The notes beneath the pieces were generated by a model. The model made no database searches and was not told the DNA's origin. It was given only the letters and a program-made list of their open reading frames with translations. From positions 37,680 through 101,679 of the forward strand of contig JABGXP010000020.1 of assembly GCA_018675685.1 (NCBI GenBank): a DNA stretch of 64,000 bases, read 5' to 3'. Shown piece by piece: positions 20,113 through 29,629 of this stretch. A program made the position numbers and the translations under genes. How positions within the stretch are numbered: the stretch's first letter is position 1; each line of letters begins with the position of its first letter. The DNA is from a bacterium. GTDB lineage: Bacteria > Patescibacteriota > Minisyncoccia > Moranbacterales > DUUL01.

Positions 20113-21435
20113 GTGCAATTAGCAAAACCAAGAGTACTAATGTTTGGCTGGGAATTTCCACCGTATAGTGTGGGGGGTCTTGGTGTTGCCTGTCATGGAC
20201 TAACTAAGAGTATGGTGAGGCTTGGAATGAAAGTTACTTTTGTTGTTCCAAGGGCACCAAGAGGCGCAAAAAGTCATTTCCTAAACTTATTGGTTGCTGA
20301 CAGAGTGAGTGTTGGAAGAGAAGATGTTGATAGAATTGAAGGATTAAAAATAGAGAAAGTCGATTCGCTTTTAATGCCTTATATGAATTCTACAAAGTAC
20401 AGTTCTTTGGTAGAGTATCTAAAGAAGCGAGGGGGAACCATCGATAATTTCATATATTCAAGTGACTCAGGAAATTTTGATTCAAAGGATCAATATGGTG
20501 TTAATCTATTCGAGGAAGTTTGGAGATATGCTAATAAAGCTGCTATAATAGCCAAAAAAGAGGTTTTCGATGTGATTCATGTTCATGATTGGATGACATT
20601 TAGAGCGGGAATCGTGGCGAAGGAAGTTAGCGGTAAGCCGTTGGTCGTCCATATTCATAACACAGCGTTTGATCGGAGTGGCGGAAATCCTGGGCAACGT
20701 GAGTATGAAATTGAAAAAGAGGGTTTTGAGAAGGCAGATAAAATAATTGCAATAAGCCATCATGTCAAAAGTAGACTGATCGAACAATATGAGGTTAGTC
20801 CAGAGAAAATTATTGTCGCACATAATGGAATTGATTCCGAGGATTATTGCTTTAAATCTTCCGAGAGGCATATCCATAACAAAATTGTTTTGTATGCCGG
20901 AAGGGTAACCCTGCAAAAAGGACCAGAATGTTTTGTCAAAGCAGCTGCAAAAATTTCTGAAATCAGAGACGATGTAACCTTTATTCTAGCGGGTGGCGGA
21001 GATATGTTGTCGGATATGATCGAACTTGCAGCACATTTGAAAATTTCAGATAGATTTGTTTTCACAGATTGGTATAATAAGAGTGAAGGTGAGGCAGTGA
21101 TGAATATGGCTGATGTTTTTGTGATGCCTTCTGTTTCAGAGCCATTCGGACTCGTTCCTTTAGAGGCAATGTTACAAAGAACTCCCACGATAATCTCAAA
21201 GCAATCTGGAGTGAGTGAGGTCCTAGTGAATACGTTAAAAGTTGATTTTTGGGATATTGATGAAATGGCGAATAAAATAGTGTCAGTTCTAGATCATAAC
21301 TCCCTAAAAACACATTTAATTGAAATGGGAGAGAAGGAGGCAAAAGCTATGACCTGGGATAAGGCAGCTTTTGAGTGCCGAAGAGTTTTCGAGAAGTTGA
21401 TATTTGAATATAAAATGTCAGAACATTATTACTAA
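20113..21435 (+). CDS. GT4 glycosyltransferase (glycogen synthase-like)
   Basis: MFGWEFPPYSVGGLG, HVHDWMT, GRVTLQKG, PSVSEPFG. Confidence 0.9.
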   Translation: MQLAKPRVLMFGWEFPPYSVGGLGVACHGLTKSMVRLGMKVTFVVPRAPRGAKSHFLNLLVADRVSVGREDVDRIEGLKIEKVDSLLMPYMNSTKYSSLVEYLKKRGGTIDNFIYSSDSGNFDSKDQYGVNLFEEVWRYANKAAIIAKKEVFDVIHVHDWMTFRAGIVAKEVSGKPLVVHIHNTAFDRSGGNPGQREYEIEKEGFEKADKIIAISHHVKSRLIEQYEVSPEKIIVAHNGIDSEDYCFKSSERHIHNKIVLYAGRVTLQKGPECFVKAAAKISEIRDDVTFILAGGGDMLSDMIELAAHLKISDRFVFTDWYNKSEGEAVMNMADVFVMPSVSEPFGLVPLEAMLQRTPTIISKQSGVSEVLVNTLKVDFWDIDEMANKIVSVLDHNSLKTHLIEMGEKEAKAMTWDKAAFECRRVFEKLIFEYKMSEHYY

Positions 21436-21456
21436 TTAATTTGATTAAAAGAGAAA

Positions 21457-22668
21457 ATGCCTAATATTTGTTTCTATTTTCAAGTGCATCAACCATATAG
21501 AGTCAAAAACTACAAAGTTTTTGATATTGGTAAGGATCATAACTATTTCAACGATGCCTCTGAAGGTAATCTAAATAATAGCTGGATTATTCAGAAAGTT
21601 GCTAGAAAATGCTATTTACCAACAAATAAAATTCTTTTGAATTTATTAAACAGACATCCTGATTTCAGAATAAGCTTTTCTTTTTCTGGGGTTTATCTGG
21701 ATCAGCTGGAGCAGTTTGCACCAAATGTTTTAAGGTCATTTCAAGAACTAGTTGCAACTGGAAGAGCAGAGGTTTTAAGCGAAACATATTATCATTCCTT
21801 AGCCTTCTTGTATTCCCAGGAAGAATTCATTTATCAAGTCGAGAAACATAAAGAAAAAATAGTTAGCTTATTTGGAGTTGTCCCAACGGTTTTTCGTAAT
21901 ACGGAATTAATATACAACAATGACTTGGCAAGAAAAGTTGAATCAATGGGCTACAAGGGTATAATAGCTGAGGGGGCTGAAAAAGTATTGGACTGGAAAA
22001 GTCCCAATTTTCTCTATGAAGCTGCTGGATGCGATAATTTGAAATTACTATTGAAAAACTATAAATTATCTGATGATATCGCATTTCGCTTCTCTGATCA
22101 TAACTGGGCAGAGCATCCATTGTCAGCAAGAACTTTTGCAGATTGGATTTCTGAACACAACGGCAGTGGTGAATTAATCAATCTTTTTATGGATTATGAA
22201 ACATTCGGTGAACATCAATGGGAGGATTCAGGAATCTTTGATTTTCTAGGCCATTTACCAGAGTTTGTATTGCAGAATCCATCAAACGGCTTTATGACAC
22301 CAAGCGAAGCAATTGAAAAACTTGAGAGTAAAGGCAAAATAGATTTTTTTGATTTTATTTCCTGGGCAGATGAAGAAAGAGATCTTTCTGCTTGGCGCTC
22401 AAATGCATTGCAAACAGATGCTTTAGAAAAAGTCTATGCACTAGAAAAGGATGTTCTCAATACTCAAAACGAAGGAATCATTGATGACTGGAGAAAGCTG
22501 CAGACCTCAGACCATTTTTATTATATGTGTACCAAGTATTTTGCTGATGGTGATGTTCATAAATATTTCAATCCATATGAGACGCCTCATGATGCCTTTA
22601 TAGCTTTCATGAATGCACTAAATGATATGAAAATAAGAATTGGTCAAAACTCTCCAGTAAAAGCCTAA
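21457..22668 (+). CDS. GH57 alpha-amylase
   Basis: FQVHQP, ETYYHS, FRNTEL, FMDYETFGEH, SDHFYYM. Confidence 0.92.
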   Translation: MPNICFYFQVHQPYRVKNYKVFDIGKDHNYFNDASEGNLNNSWIIQKVARKCYLPTNKILLNLLNRHPDFRISFSFSGVYLDQLEQFAPNVLRSFQELVATGRAEVLSETYYHSLAFLYSQEEFIYQVEKHKEKIVSLFGVVPTVFRNTELIYNNDLARKVESMGYKGIIAEGAEKVLDWKSPNFLYEAAGCDNLKLLLKNYKLSDDIAFRFSDHNWAEHPLSARTFADWISEHNGSGELINLFMDYETFGEHQWEDSGIFDFLGHLPEFVLQNPSNGFMTPSEAIEKLESKGKIDFFDFISWADEERDLSAWRSNALQTDALEKVYALEKDVLNTQNEGIIDDWRKLQTSDHFYYMCTKYFADGDVHKYFNPYETPHDAFIAFMNALNDMKIRIGQNSPVKA

Positions 22669-22718
22669 AAAAGAGCAGTGAACTTAAATTAATATATATA
22701 AATCTTATAAAAACAAAA

Positions 22719-23096
22719 ATGAATCTATTTAAACAACTTATTGTCAACAACGAGGATGAGGAAGCTGCAAATGAGGAGGCAGTGAAAGAGTCTGTAGCTA
22801 AAACTCACAAAGACAGCGAAAATACAGTTGAGGTTAAGAAAATAAAAGCTTTCGATACATCTCCAAACGAAGATTTTTGGTTTCATTATGGACCAGTAGT
22901 GAAGAATCTTGCAGAGTTAAGGGATGCTCTTTTGCGCATTGATGATGACCTTTATAATTATCATGCAAAAGGGGAAGAGAATGATTTTGCGAGGTGGGTG
23001 GGCGATGTTTTTGGATACAAAGACTTGGCAAGTAAGATTGAAAAAGCTAAAACAAGAAAAAAAGCATATAAAATTTTGGATGATGCAGTGGAGTAA
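22719..23096 (+). CDS. Small DUF5752-like protein of alpha-glucan cluster
   Basis: FWFHYG..KNLAEL..YH..NDFARWV pattern; context between GH57 and GH15. Confidence 0.65.
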   Translation: MNLFKQLIVNNEDEEAANEEAVKESVAKTHKDSENTVEVKKIKAFDTSPNEDFWFHYGPVVKNLAELRDALLRIDDDLYNYHAKGEENDFARWVGDVFGYKDLASKIEKAKTRKKAYKILDDAVE

Positions 23097-23175
23097 TCTC
23101 TGCTTTGAAATTAGCAGTTATGACGCTTTGTGGTTTCAGGTGAAACAAAAAAATAAGTTTTGAAATAAAATAAAA

Positions 23176-25137
23176 ATGCCAAAATCTCTCGTATTAGGTA
23201 ATGGAAATATGCTATTATGCTTTGACAACAAAGCCCGTGTTCGTGATTTCTATTATCACTATGTTGGATTAGAGAATCATGCAGGAAGTGGTTGTGTGCA
23301 TAGAATAGGGATTATGATTGATGGTGATTTTTCTTGGATTGAGGAGGCTGCTTGGAAAGTAACTATGGATTATCAAACGGACTCACTTGTTTCCAAGGTG
23401 GAAATGGTTAACAAGGAGCTTGGCATCAAACTTGATTTTAAGGACACTGTTTATAACGAGAAGTGTATTTTTTTAAGAAATGTGACGATCAGCAATCTTT
23501 GGGACGAAAAACGAAAAATAAAATTATTTTTTCATCAGCAATTTAGAATATATGATACAGAGAGAAGGGACACTGGTTACTATGACCCTGAAGAAGAAGT
23601 TATTATTCATTACGAGGGAAGAAGGGTCTTTATAGTAGGCGGAAGACAAGGAAATACAAGTTTTGATGACTATTGCATTGGAAACTATGGAATTGAAGGC
23701 AAAATAGGAACATGGAAAGATGCAGAGGATGGTGAGCTAGAGAAGAACCCTATTGAGCATGGACCAGTTGATTCAGTAATAGCATTCACATTCGAAATAG
23801 AAGGACATAAAAAGAAAGTTGTTGACTATTGGATTAGTGCTGCCAAAATTTTGGCAGAGGCGAGGAAATTACATCAATATGTTTTAACAAGGACGGCAAA
23901 TCACCTCCTTGAATCAACAGAGGACTATTGGAGTGCTTGGGTAAACAAGAATAATCTGGATTTCAAGGATATGAATAAGGAGTCTGTCGACTTATTCAAA
24001 AAATCATTATTAATAATTCGAACGCACATAGGAAATGAAGGTGGAATTATAGCATCAGCTGATTCTGATATGTTGCAATATGGTCGTGACACATATGCAT
24101 ATGTATGGCCAAGAGACGGAGCGTTCGTTGCGCTGTCTTTGATAAAAGCTAAATACCATACAATCCCTAGAAAGTTTTTTGAATTTTGCAATGACGTGAT
24201 TTCGGAAGAGGGGTATTTTTTTCATAAATACAGAAGCGATAAATCGGTTGGAAGCTCTTGGCATCCTTGGTCTAAGGAGGGGAAGAAGCAGCTTGCCATC
24301 CAAGAGGATGAAACAGCTTTAATTATATTCTCACTTTGGGAATATTATCAGGCAAGTTTGAATATAGAGTTTATCGAAAGTGTCTATAATTCACTAATAA
24401 AGAAGGCAGCGGAGTTTATGTATCACTATCGTGATAAAAGAACCGGATTACCAAAGGAAAGTTATGACCCTTGGGAGCAAAAATATGGAATATCTACTTT
24501 TACTTGCAGTACGGTATATGGGGGACTTTTAGCAGCGAGTAAATTTGCAAAAGTTCTTGGAAAAGAAGAGGACGCAAAGAAATACCTACATGAAGCAGAG
24601 GAGATAAAATCCCTAACAGTGAAGTATCTATATAACAGTGATAATGGATATTTCTACAACAGAATAATGCCCAATAAAGAGGGGTTTGGGTTTGATAATA
24701 CAATTGACATCAGTAGTTTCTTCGGTTTATTCTATTTTGATATTCTGGATATTAACGATACCATGTTAGATGATGTTTTTGATGTTGTTGAAAGAGAACT
24801 CTTTTGCAAGACCAAAGTTGGTGGAGTCATGAGGTATGTTGGTGATGAATATCACAGAGTTGATGATGATGCCCCTGGAAATCCTTGGATTATAACAACT
24901 CTTTGGGTCGCACAATATCGAATTAAAAAAGCCAAGACACTAGACGCTCTAGAGGAGGTTAAAAAAACTTTTGAGTGGGTCTCTGCGCAAACAACTAACG
25001 CTGGACTACTCCCAGAACAAATTAGTTCAGATAAAGGGGAACACCTTTCAGCAGCTCCGCTCACCTGGAGTCATGCCGAATATGTTACAACTGTCATGCA
25101 ATACTTAGAAAGAAAAAAAGAATTAGAAAATAAATAG
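23176..25137 (+). CDS. GH15 glucoamylase-like glycoside hydrolase
   Basis: LGNG, YVWPRDG, QEDET, YDPWE, LLPEQ, PLTWSHA. Confidence 0.92.
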   Translation: MPKSLVLGNGNMLLCFDNKARVRDFYYHYVGLENHAGSGCVHRIGIMIDGDFSWIEEAAWKVTMDYQTDSLVSKVEMVNKELGIKLDFKDTVYNEKCIFLRNVTISNLWDEKRKIKLFFHQQFRIYDTERRDTGYYDPEEEVIIHYEGRRVFIVGGRQGNTSFDDYCIGNYGIEGKIGTWKDAEDGELEKNPIEHGPVDSVIAFTFEIEGHKKKVVDYWISAAKILAEARKLHQYVLTRTANHLLESTEDYWSAWVNKNNLDFKDMNKESVDLFKKSLLIIRTHIGNEGGIIASADSDMLQYGRDTYAYVWPRDGAFVALSLIKAKYHTIPRKFFEFCNDVISEEGYFFHKYRSDKSVGSSWHPWSKEGKKQLAIQEDETALIIFSLWEYYQASLNIEFIESVYNSLIKKAAEFMYHYRDKRTGLPKESYDPWEQKYGISTFTCSTVYGGLLAASKFAKVLGKEEDAKKYLHEAEEIKSLTVKYLYNSDNGYFYNRIMPNKEGFGFDNTIDISSFFGLFYFDILDINDTMLDDVFDVVERELFCKTKVGGVMRYVGDEYHRVDDDAPGNPWIITTLWVAQYRIKKAKTLDALEEVKKTFEWVSAQTTNAGLLPEQISSDKGEHLSAAPLTWSHAEYVTTVMQYLERKKELENK

Positions 25138-25233
25138 GAATAGTCGCCTTGAGGAAACTTTAAGTTTTTATAGGAATTTGTTATAATGACATAGATAATT
25201 ATTGTCTGATAAATAAAGTAAGTAAACAGATAT

Positions 25234-25467
25234 ATGAAAATAAAAATTGACCAAGAAAGATGTGTTGGTTGTGGAAGATGCACGGAAATGTGTCCTTCAG
25301 TTTTCAAGTTGAGTGAAGAAGGGAAGGCGATTGTTATTAACGAGCGGATTGATGAATGCGAGGACGAGCCAAGAGGAGAAGAGTGTGCAGTTGTCAGCGA
25401 TGTGGTAAAGAAAGCAGCTGACGAGTGTATTGTTGAGGCGATAGACATCGATATGGAAATAGAATAA
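25234..25467 (+). CDS. Ferredoxin (single-cluster type)
   Basis: CVGCGRCTEMCP and distal AADECIVEAI. Confidence 0.85.
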   Translation: MKIKIDQERCVGCGRCTEMCPSVFKLSEEGKAIVINERIDECEDEPRGEECAVVSDVVKKAADECIVEAIDIDMEIE

Positions 25468-25497
25468 TTTCTCATTACAAAGATTATATTTGAAAGT

Positions 25498-25531
25498 TAT
25501 CAAAAAACCCAATTAATTGGGTTTTTTGATA
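25498..25531. terminator. Bidirectional terminator (perfect palindrome)
   Basis: TATCAAAAAACCCAATT/AATTGGGTTTTTTGATA between convergent ferredoxin and gpmI. Confidence 0.8.
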
Positions 25532-25552
25532 TAAGTATAAAAGATTTGGTCT

Positions 25553-27142
25553 TTAACGATTTACATTTAGTATCTCTAAAAGGCTCTGTCCTGACATTTC
25601 TGGGCCTTTTGGAATCTCCATTAATTCTAGTATTGTGGGAGTAAGATCAACAAGCATACCTTCTATTGGATGGTTTTTGATCTCTTCCAGTGCTTCATCT
25701 CGATGGTTTGTAGCTGTAATGTACCAACAAGGAACAGGGTTGGTTGAATGCTCAGTGTCTCTCTCTCCAGTTCTTAAATTTGTCATCTCTTCAACGTTCC
25801 CATGATCAGCTGTTATAAGCAAGCAACCATTTTGTTCGATTACTGTTGTAATTAAACGATCCAAGCACTTATCGGTTATTTCTAGTGCAGTCACAGCAGC
25901 TCCTATATCGCCAGTGTGCCCAACCATATCAGGGTTTGCGTAATTAACGAGAATAAAATCATAATCCTTCTCTTTGTCTTTTAGTACATCAATGAGTTTG
26001 TCTGTGACTTCAAGCGCACTCATCTCAGGAACATCTGCATAAGAAGGAACGTTTTTTGAGAGCACAGGGATTCGATCTTCGCCTTTATAGGGTTTTTCTG
26101 CTCCTCCGTTGAAGAAATATGTTACATGAGCGAATTTCTCAGTTTCAGCAATTCTCAACTGAGAGAGTTTGTTTTCTTCAAATATTTGCCCCAATCTCGT
26201 TGTGATTTCTTGAGAAGGAAAGGCTATGTTAGAGCAAAGACCTTTTTCATATTCAGAAAAACAACAGAACATTACATTATTCAACTTTTTAGATTCTTTG
26301 AATCTATCAAAATTCGGTTGTTCAAAGGCTTGAGTTATTTGTCTAGCACGATCTTTTCTGAAATTGAAAAAAACCACAGCATCATTGTCTTTTATCCCTC
26401 CTATAGGCTCACCTGAAGAGTCTGTTATCACGATTGGTTTGATATATTCGTCTGTAGTATTCTCTTTGTATTGTTTTTCAATTGCTGCTACTGGGTCAGT
26501 CTCTTTTGTACCCTCTCCTTCGGTCATCAATCTAAAACCTTTTTCAACTCGATCCCAATTTTTATTCCTATCCATCGTAAAGTATCTCCCTATAAGAGAG
26601 GCAATTTTTCCAACTCCTAAGGCTTCTGTACGATTCTGGATTTTATTAATAAAATCGATAGCAGCTTTTGGCGGAGTATCACGTCCATCAGTAATACCAT
26701 GGATATATACATTTTCTAGTTTTTGTTCACTTGCAAACTCCAAGAGCGCATTAAGGTGGTCGATGTGAGAGTGCACAGCGCCATTACTAATCATCCCCAT
26801 CAAGTGTAGACTCGAGTTATGTTCTTTTGTCCATGCAACAGCTTTTAAAAGCGTTTCATTTTCAAAAAACTTACCATTTTCAATTGCTGCCGTAATAACG
26901 GGTAGAAATTGATAAATAATTTGACCAGTTCCTATTGTTTGGTGTCCAACTTCAGAATTGCCATAAATTCCCCAGGGAAGACCAACGGACATCCCCGATG
27001 CCTGGAGCAATGTTTTCGGATAGTATTTATTTAATTTGTCAATTGTTGGCAAGTTGGAAATTGGAACTGGATTTCCTTGTGGATTACTCCATTCGCCCCA
27101 ACCATCAAGAATAACAAGGGTAACTGGCTTTTTTCTTGCCAT
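25553..27142 (-). CDS. gpmI: 2,3-bisphosphoglycerate-independent phosphoglycerate mutase
   Basis: ILDGWG, GNSEVGH, DGRDT, AETEKFAHVTYFFNGG, NPDMVGHTG, TADHGN. Confidence 0.97.
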   Translation of the reverse strand: MARKKPVTLVILDGWGEWSNPQGNPVPISNLPTIDKLNKYYPKTLLQASGMSVGLPWGIYGNSEVGHQTIGTGQIIYQFLPVITAAIENGKFFENETLLKAVAWTKEHNSSLHLMGMISNGAVHSHIDHLNALLEFASEQKLENVYIHGITDGRDTPPKAAIDFINKIQNRTEALGVGKIASLIGRYFTMDRNKNWDRVEKGFRLMTEGEGTKETDPVAAIEKQYKENTTDEYIKPIVITDSSGEPIGGIKDNDAVVFFNFRKDRARQITQAFEQPNFDRFKESKKLNNVMFCCFSEYEKGLCSNIAFPSQEITTRLGQIFEENKLSQLRIAETEKFAHVTYFFNGGAEKPYKGEDRIPVLSKNVPSYADVPEMSALEVTDKLIDVLKDKEKDYDFILVNYANPDMVGHTGDIGAAVTALEITDKCLDRLITTVIEQNGCLLITADHGNVEEMTNLRTGERDTEHSTNPVPCWYITATNHRDEALEEIKNHPIEGMLVDLTPTILELMEIPKGPEMSGQSLLEILNVNR

Positions 27143-27200
27143 CTTTTATTTGTTTATTTGTTTTTAGATCTTACTTTAGAGTATAGAACAAAAATAAACT

Positions 27201-27650
27201 TTATTCAATTTCAGAATCTTCCGTCTCGGAAGTTTCCTCAGCTGTAGTTATTTGAGGGGGAGCGTCTTGAGGAGTTGGTTTTTCTTCTATTTGTTTGGCA
27301 CTTGTTTTCTTAAAAGAGACGGAAAAATTCGGTTCATATAGATTATTATATTCGTCAACAACTTCAACCGGTTTACCTTCCATTAGAGTTGTCATTGCAA
27401 TGTCATTTTGAATTTGTTTTAGATCTGCTATTGTCATCTTTAAATCATCAATACGATCCCAGCGAGTACCCATTTGTGATTGAGCAATTGTTTCAAGCTC
27501 TTTTTTCCGCAACTTTAATTCATCTAACTTCTCAACTAATTCCTGATATTCTTGATTCTGAGTCAAAGCGTCTTTATATTCAGCGCGGATTTCGGATTGT
27601 TCTCTTTTCGCCTCTTTTAGCTCATTGAAAATTTCTTGAATCTCTTTCAT
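27201..27650 (-). CDS. Hypothetical coiled-coil protein
   Basis: 149-aa charged helical ORF with acidic tail. Confidence 0.75.
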   Translation of the reverse strand: MKEIQEIFNELKEAKREQSEIRAEYKDALTQNQEYQELVEKLDELKLRKKELETIAQSQMGTRWDRIDDLKMTIADLKQIQNDIAMTTLMEGKPVEVVDEYNNLYEPNFSVSFKKTSAKQIEEKPTPQDAPPQITTAEETSETEDSEIE

Positions 27651-27699
27651 TTTTATTTTTTATAATTTAATTTAGATAAAACTTTCTTAGATTGAACTA

Positions 27700-28479
27700 T
27701 TATTTTTCAATAAGGGTTATTTTTTCGATTACAATTGGCTCAATAGGTCGATCACTAGAGTCAGTTGGAGCTTCTTCAATCTTCTGAACTACATCCATTC
27801 CGTTTACTATAAAGCCAAAATTTGTATGCTTACCATCTAACCAACTAGTTTCTTCTTTTGTTACAATGAAAAACTGTGAGCCATTTGTGTTTGGTCCAGA
27901 GTTTGCCATTGCAAGAGAACCCCGAACTAATTTGTGTGAATTGAATTCATCAGGAAAGGAATAGCCAGGATCACCAACCCCCCATGAGCTAGGTTGATCA
28001 TCGTTCTTAGAATTTGGGTCTCCTCCTTGAATCATAAAATCAGCAATTATTCTGTGAAATTTAATGCCATCATAAAATCCTTCATGTGCTAATTTCATGA
28101 AATTATTGACAGTAGCAGGAGAGTCCTCTGAGTAAAATTCAACCTCAATTTTTCCGAGAGTTGTTTTGATTTTAGCGCCCTTATATTTTTCTTTATAATC
28201 AAGCGAAGTTAATTCTTTCAATTCCATAAGCCTTTTTGTTAATTGTTTAGTTACTTTTGGTGCTTTTGGTTCCGGCGCACTTTTCGTTTTTTTTGTTTCT
28301 CCTAGAGCCTCTTTCTGTCTTTCTTGTTGAGCTTCTAGGTCATATTCGGTAATTTTGGAATTTTTATTCTCACCAACATTCTGACCAGTTTGTTCTGTGT
28401 TTGGTAGACTAGTAGTGGAGCAACCAGTGACCATTGTTGCACAAAAAAAGGCGAGTGTTGCCTTGGATAGGCTTTTCAT
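27700..28479 (-). CDS. Cyclophilin-type peptidyl-prolyl isomerase, probable lipoprotein
   Basis: FHRIIADFMIQGGDP, LAMANSGPNTNGSQFFI, WLDGKHT; likely start MKSLSK..MVTGC (lipobox-like) at 28479. Confidence 0.9.
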   Translation of the reverse strand: MKSLSKATLAFFCATMVTGCSTTSLPNTEQTGQNVGENKNSKITEYDLEAQQERQKEALGETKKTKSAPEPKAPKVTKQLTKRLMELKELTSLDYKEKYKGAKIKTTLGKIEVEFYSEDSPATVNNFMKLAHEGFYDGIKFHRIIADFMIQGGDPNSKNDDQPSSWGVGDPGYSFPDEFNSHKLVRGSLAMANSGPNTNGSQFFIVTKEETSWLDGKHTNFGFIVNGMDVVQKIEEAPTDSSDRPIEPIVIEKITLIEK

Positions 28480-28746
28480 TTTTTTCTCATATATTCTTAA
28501 TAAATAATTCATTAAACAGTATAGACCATTTTCTTTTTTGAAGCCAGTACTAAATATTTTAAAACCAAAAATTTTCCTTAAATGTTGACTTTTATTAGAC
28601 AATACCTCATACTGTAGCTGTATGTAAGGTTGTAGAAACTTTTTTAACATGAACTGATGTAATGTGTGCGATTTTATATCAAGGAATCGTTAAAAATAAA
28701 TACGCAACAAAACTTGCAGACAGGTATAAATTTTTTAAGTTTACAA

Positions 28747-29046
28747 ATGGAACAAGAACAAGAAGTTAACAAAAAAAAGCTCTTCGTGGGAAACATTAGT
28801 TATGGAGTAACAGATGAGCTACTAGCAGAACACTTTACACAGGTTGGTCAAGTTGAGTCAGCAAAAGTTATTATCGACAAGATGACTGGTCGATCAAAAG
28901 GATTCGGATTCGTTGAAATGTCAACAGAAGACGAAGCTCAAAAAGCAATTGCTGAGTTAGATCAAAAAGAACTTGATGGACGTGAATTGAATGTTAATGA
29001 AGCACAACCACCAAAAAGACACTACGAAAACAGAGGGAATTTCTAG
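28747..29046 (+). CDS. RRM-domain RNA-binding protein
   Basis: KLFVGNI (RNP2), RSKGFGFVEM (RNP1); ATG at 28747; TTGACT-17-CATACT upstream at 28585-28613. Confidence 0.92.
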   Translation: MEQEQEVNKKKLFVGNISYGVTDELLAEHFTQVGQVESAKVIIDKMTGRSKGFGFVEMSTEDEAQKAIAELDQKELDGRELNVNEAQPPKRHYENRGNF

Positions 29047-29150
29047 ATATTGTCGGTTCGACATAGAAAAAAAGACAGGGAGCGCACAGCCCTGTTTTTA
29101 TTTTTCTTTATTAAAAAACACGAGCTTACCGTGTTTTTTAATTTTAGAAG

Positions 29151-29522
29151 CTAGCTTTTTGGTCGGATGATAACAAGAATGGAGGTTATTACAAATCCGA
29201 ATATCCCACTATAAATCAAAGCGTTTATAGTCGAAATTTTTAGTTTCAAGACATCAAAATAGGTTATTGCTGGAATTATCGCTAATAAAACGAGCAACGC
29301 TCCAAAAATTTGATAAACAGGCACTGCCTTTTTATCAGAGTCAAATGTGATTGGAAGGATAGCTAAAAAAAGCATTGCAGCCGCAAAAGACCACAAAAAG
29401 AATTCAAAAAAATCCCTTTCAATGAAATTAGTAAAGGCTACCAAACCACAAGCAATTGGAACAAGCAGAATAATGATTCGCATTTTATTTTTTATTACTC
29501 TAGTCTGGAAATAGTATAGCAT
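29151..29522 (-). CDS. Small membrane protein, unknown function
   Basis: Four hydrophobic segments. Confidence 0.6.
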   Translation of the reverse strand: MLYYFQTRVIKNKMRIIILLVPIACGLVAFTNFIERDFFEFFLWSFAAAMLFLAILPITFDSDKKAVPVYQIFGALLVLLAIIPAITYFDVLKLKISTINALIYSGIFGFVITSILVIIRPKS

Positions 29523-29629
29523 TTATTTATGGGAAAGAAAATTAAAAGTAAAGATGTCTTGAAAAAAACCAATATCTACTATAAGCTAGATATATTGAGA
29601 ACAAACCTTATAAAATTAAAGTTAATATA

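Noticed and set aside
28480-28746. N-terminal extensions of the cyclophilin (to 28650) and RRM (from 28666) ORFs
   Set aside because: Better starts at 28479 and 28747; the interval holds divergent promoter-like sequence.
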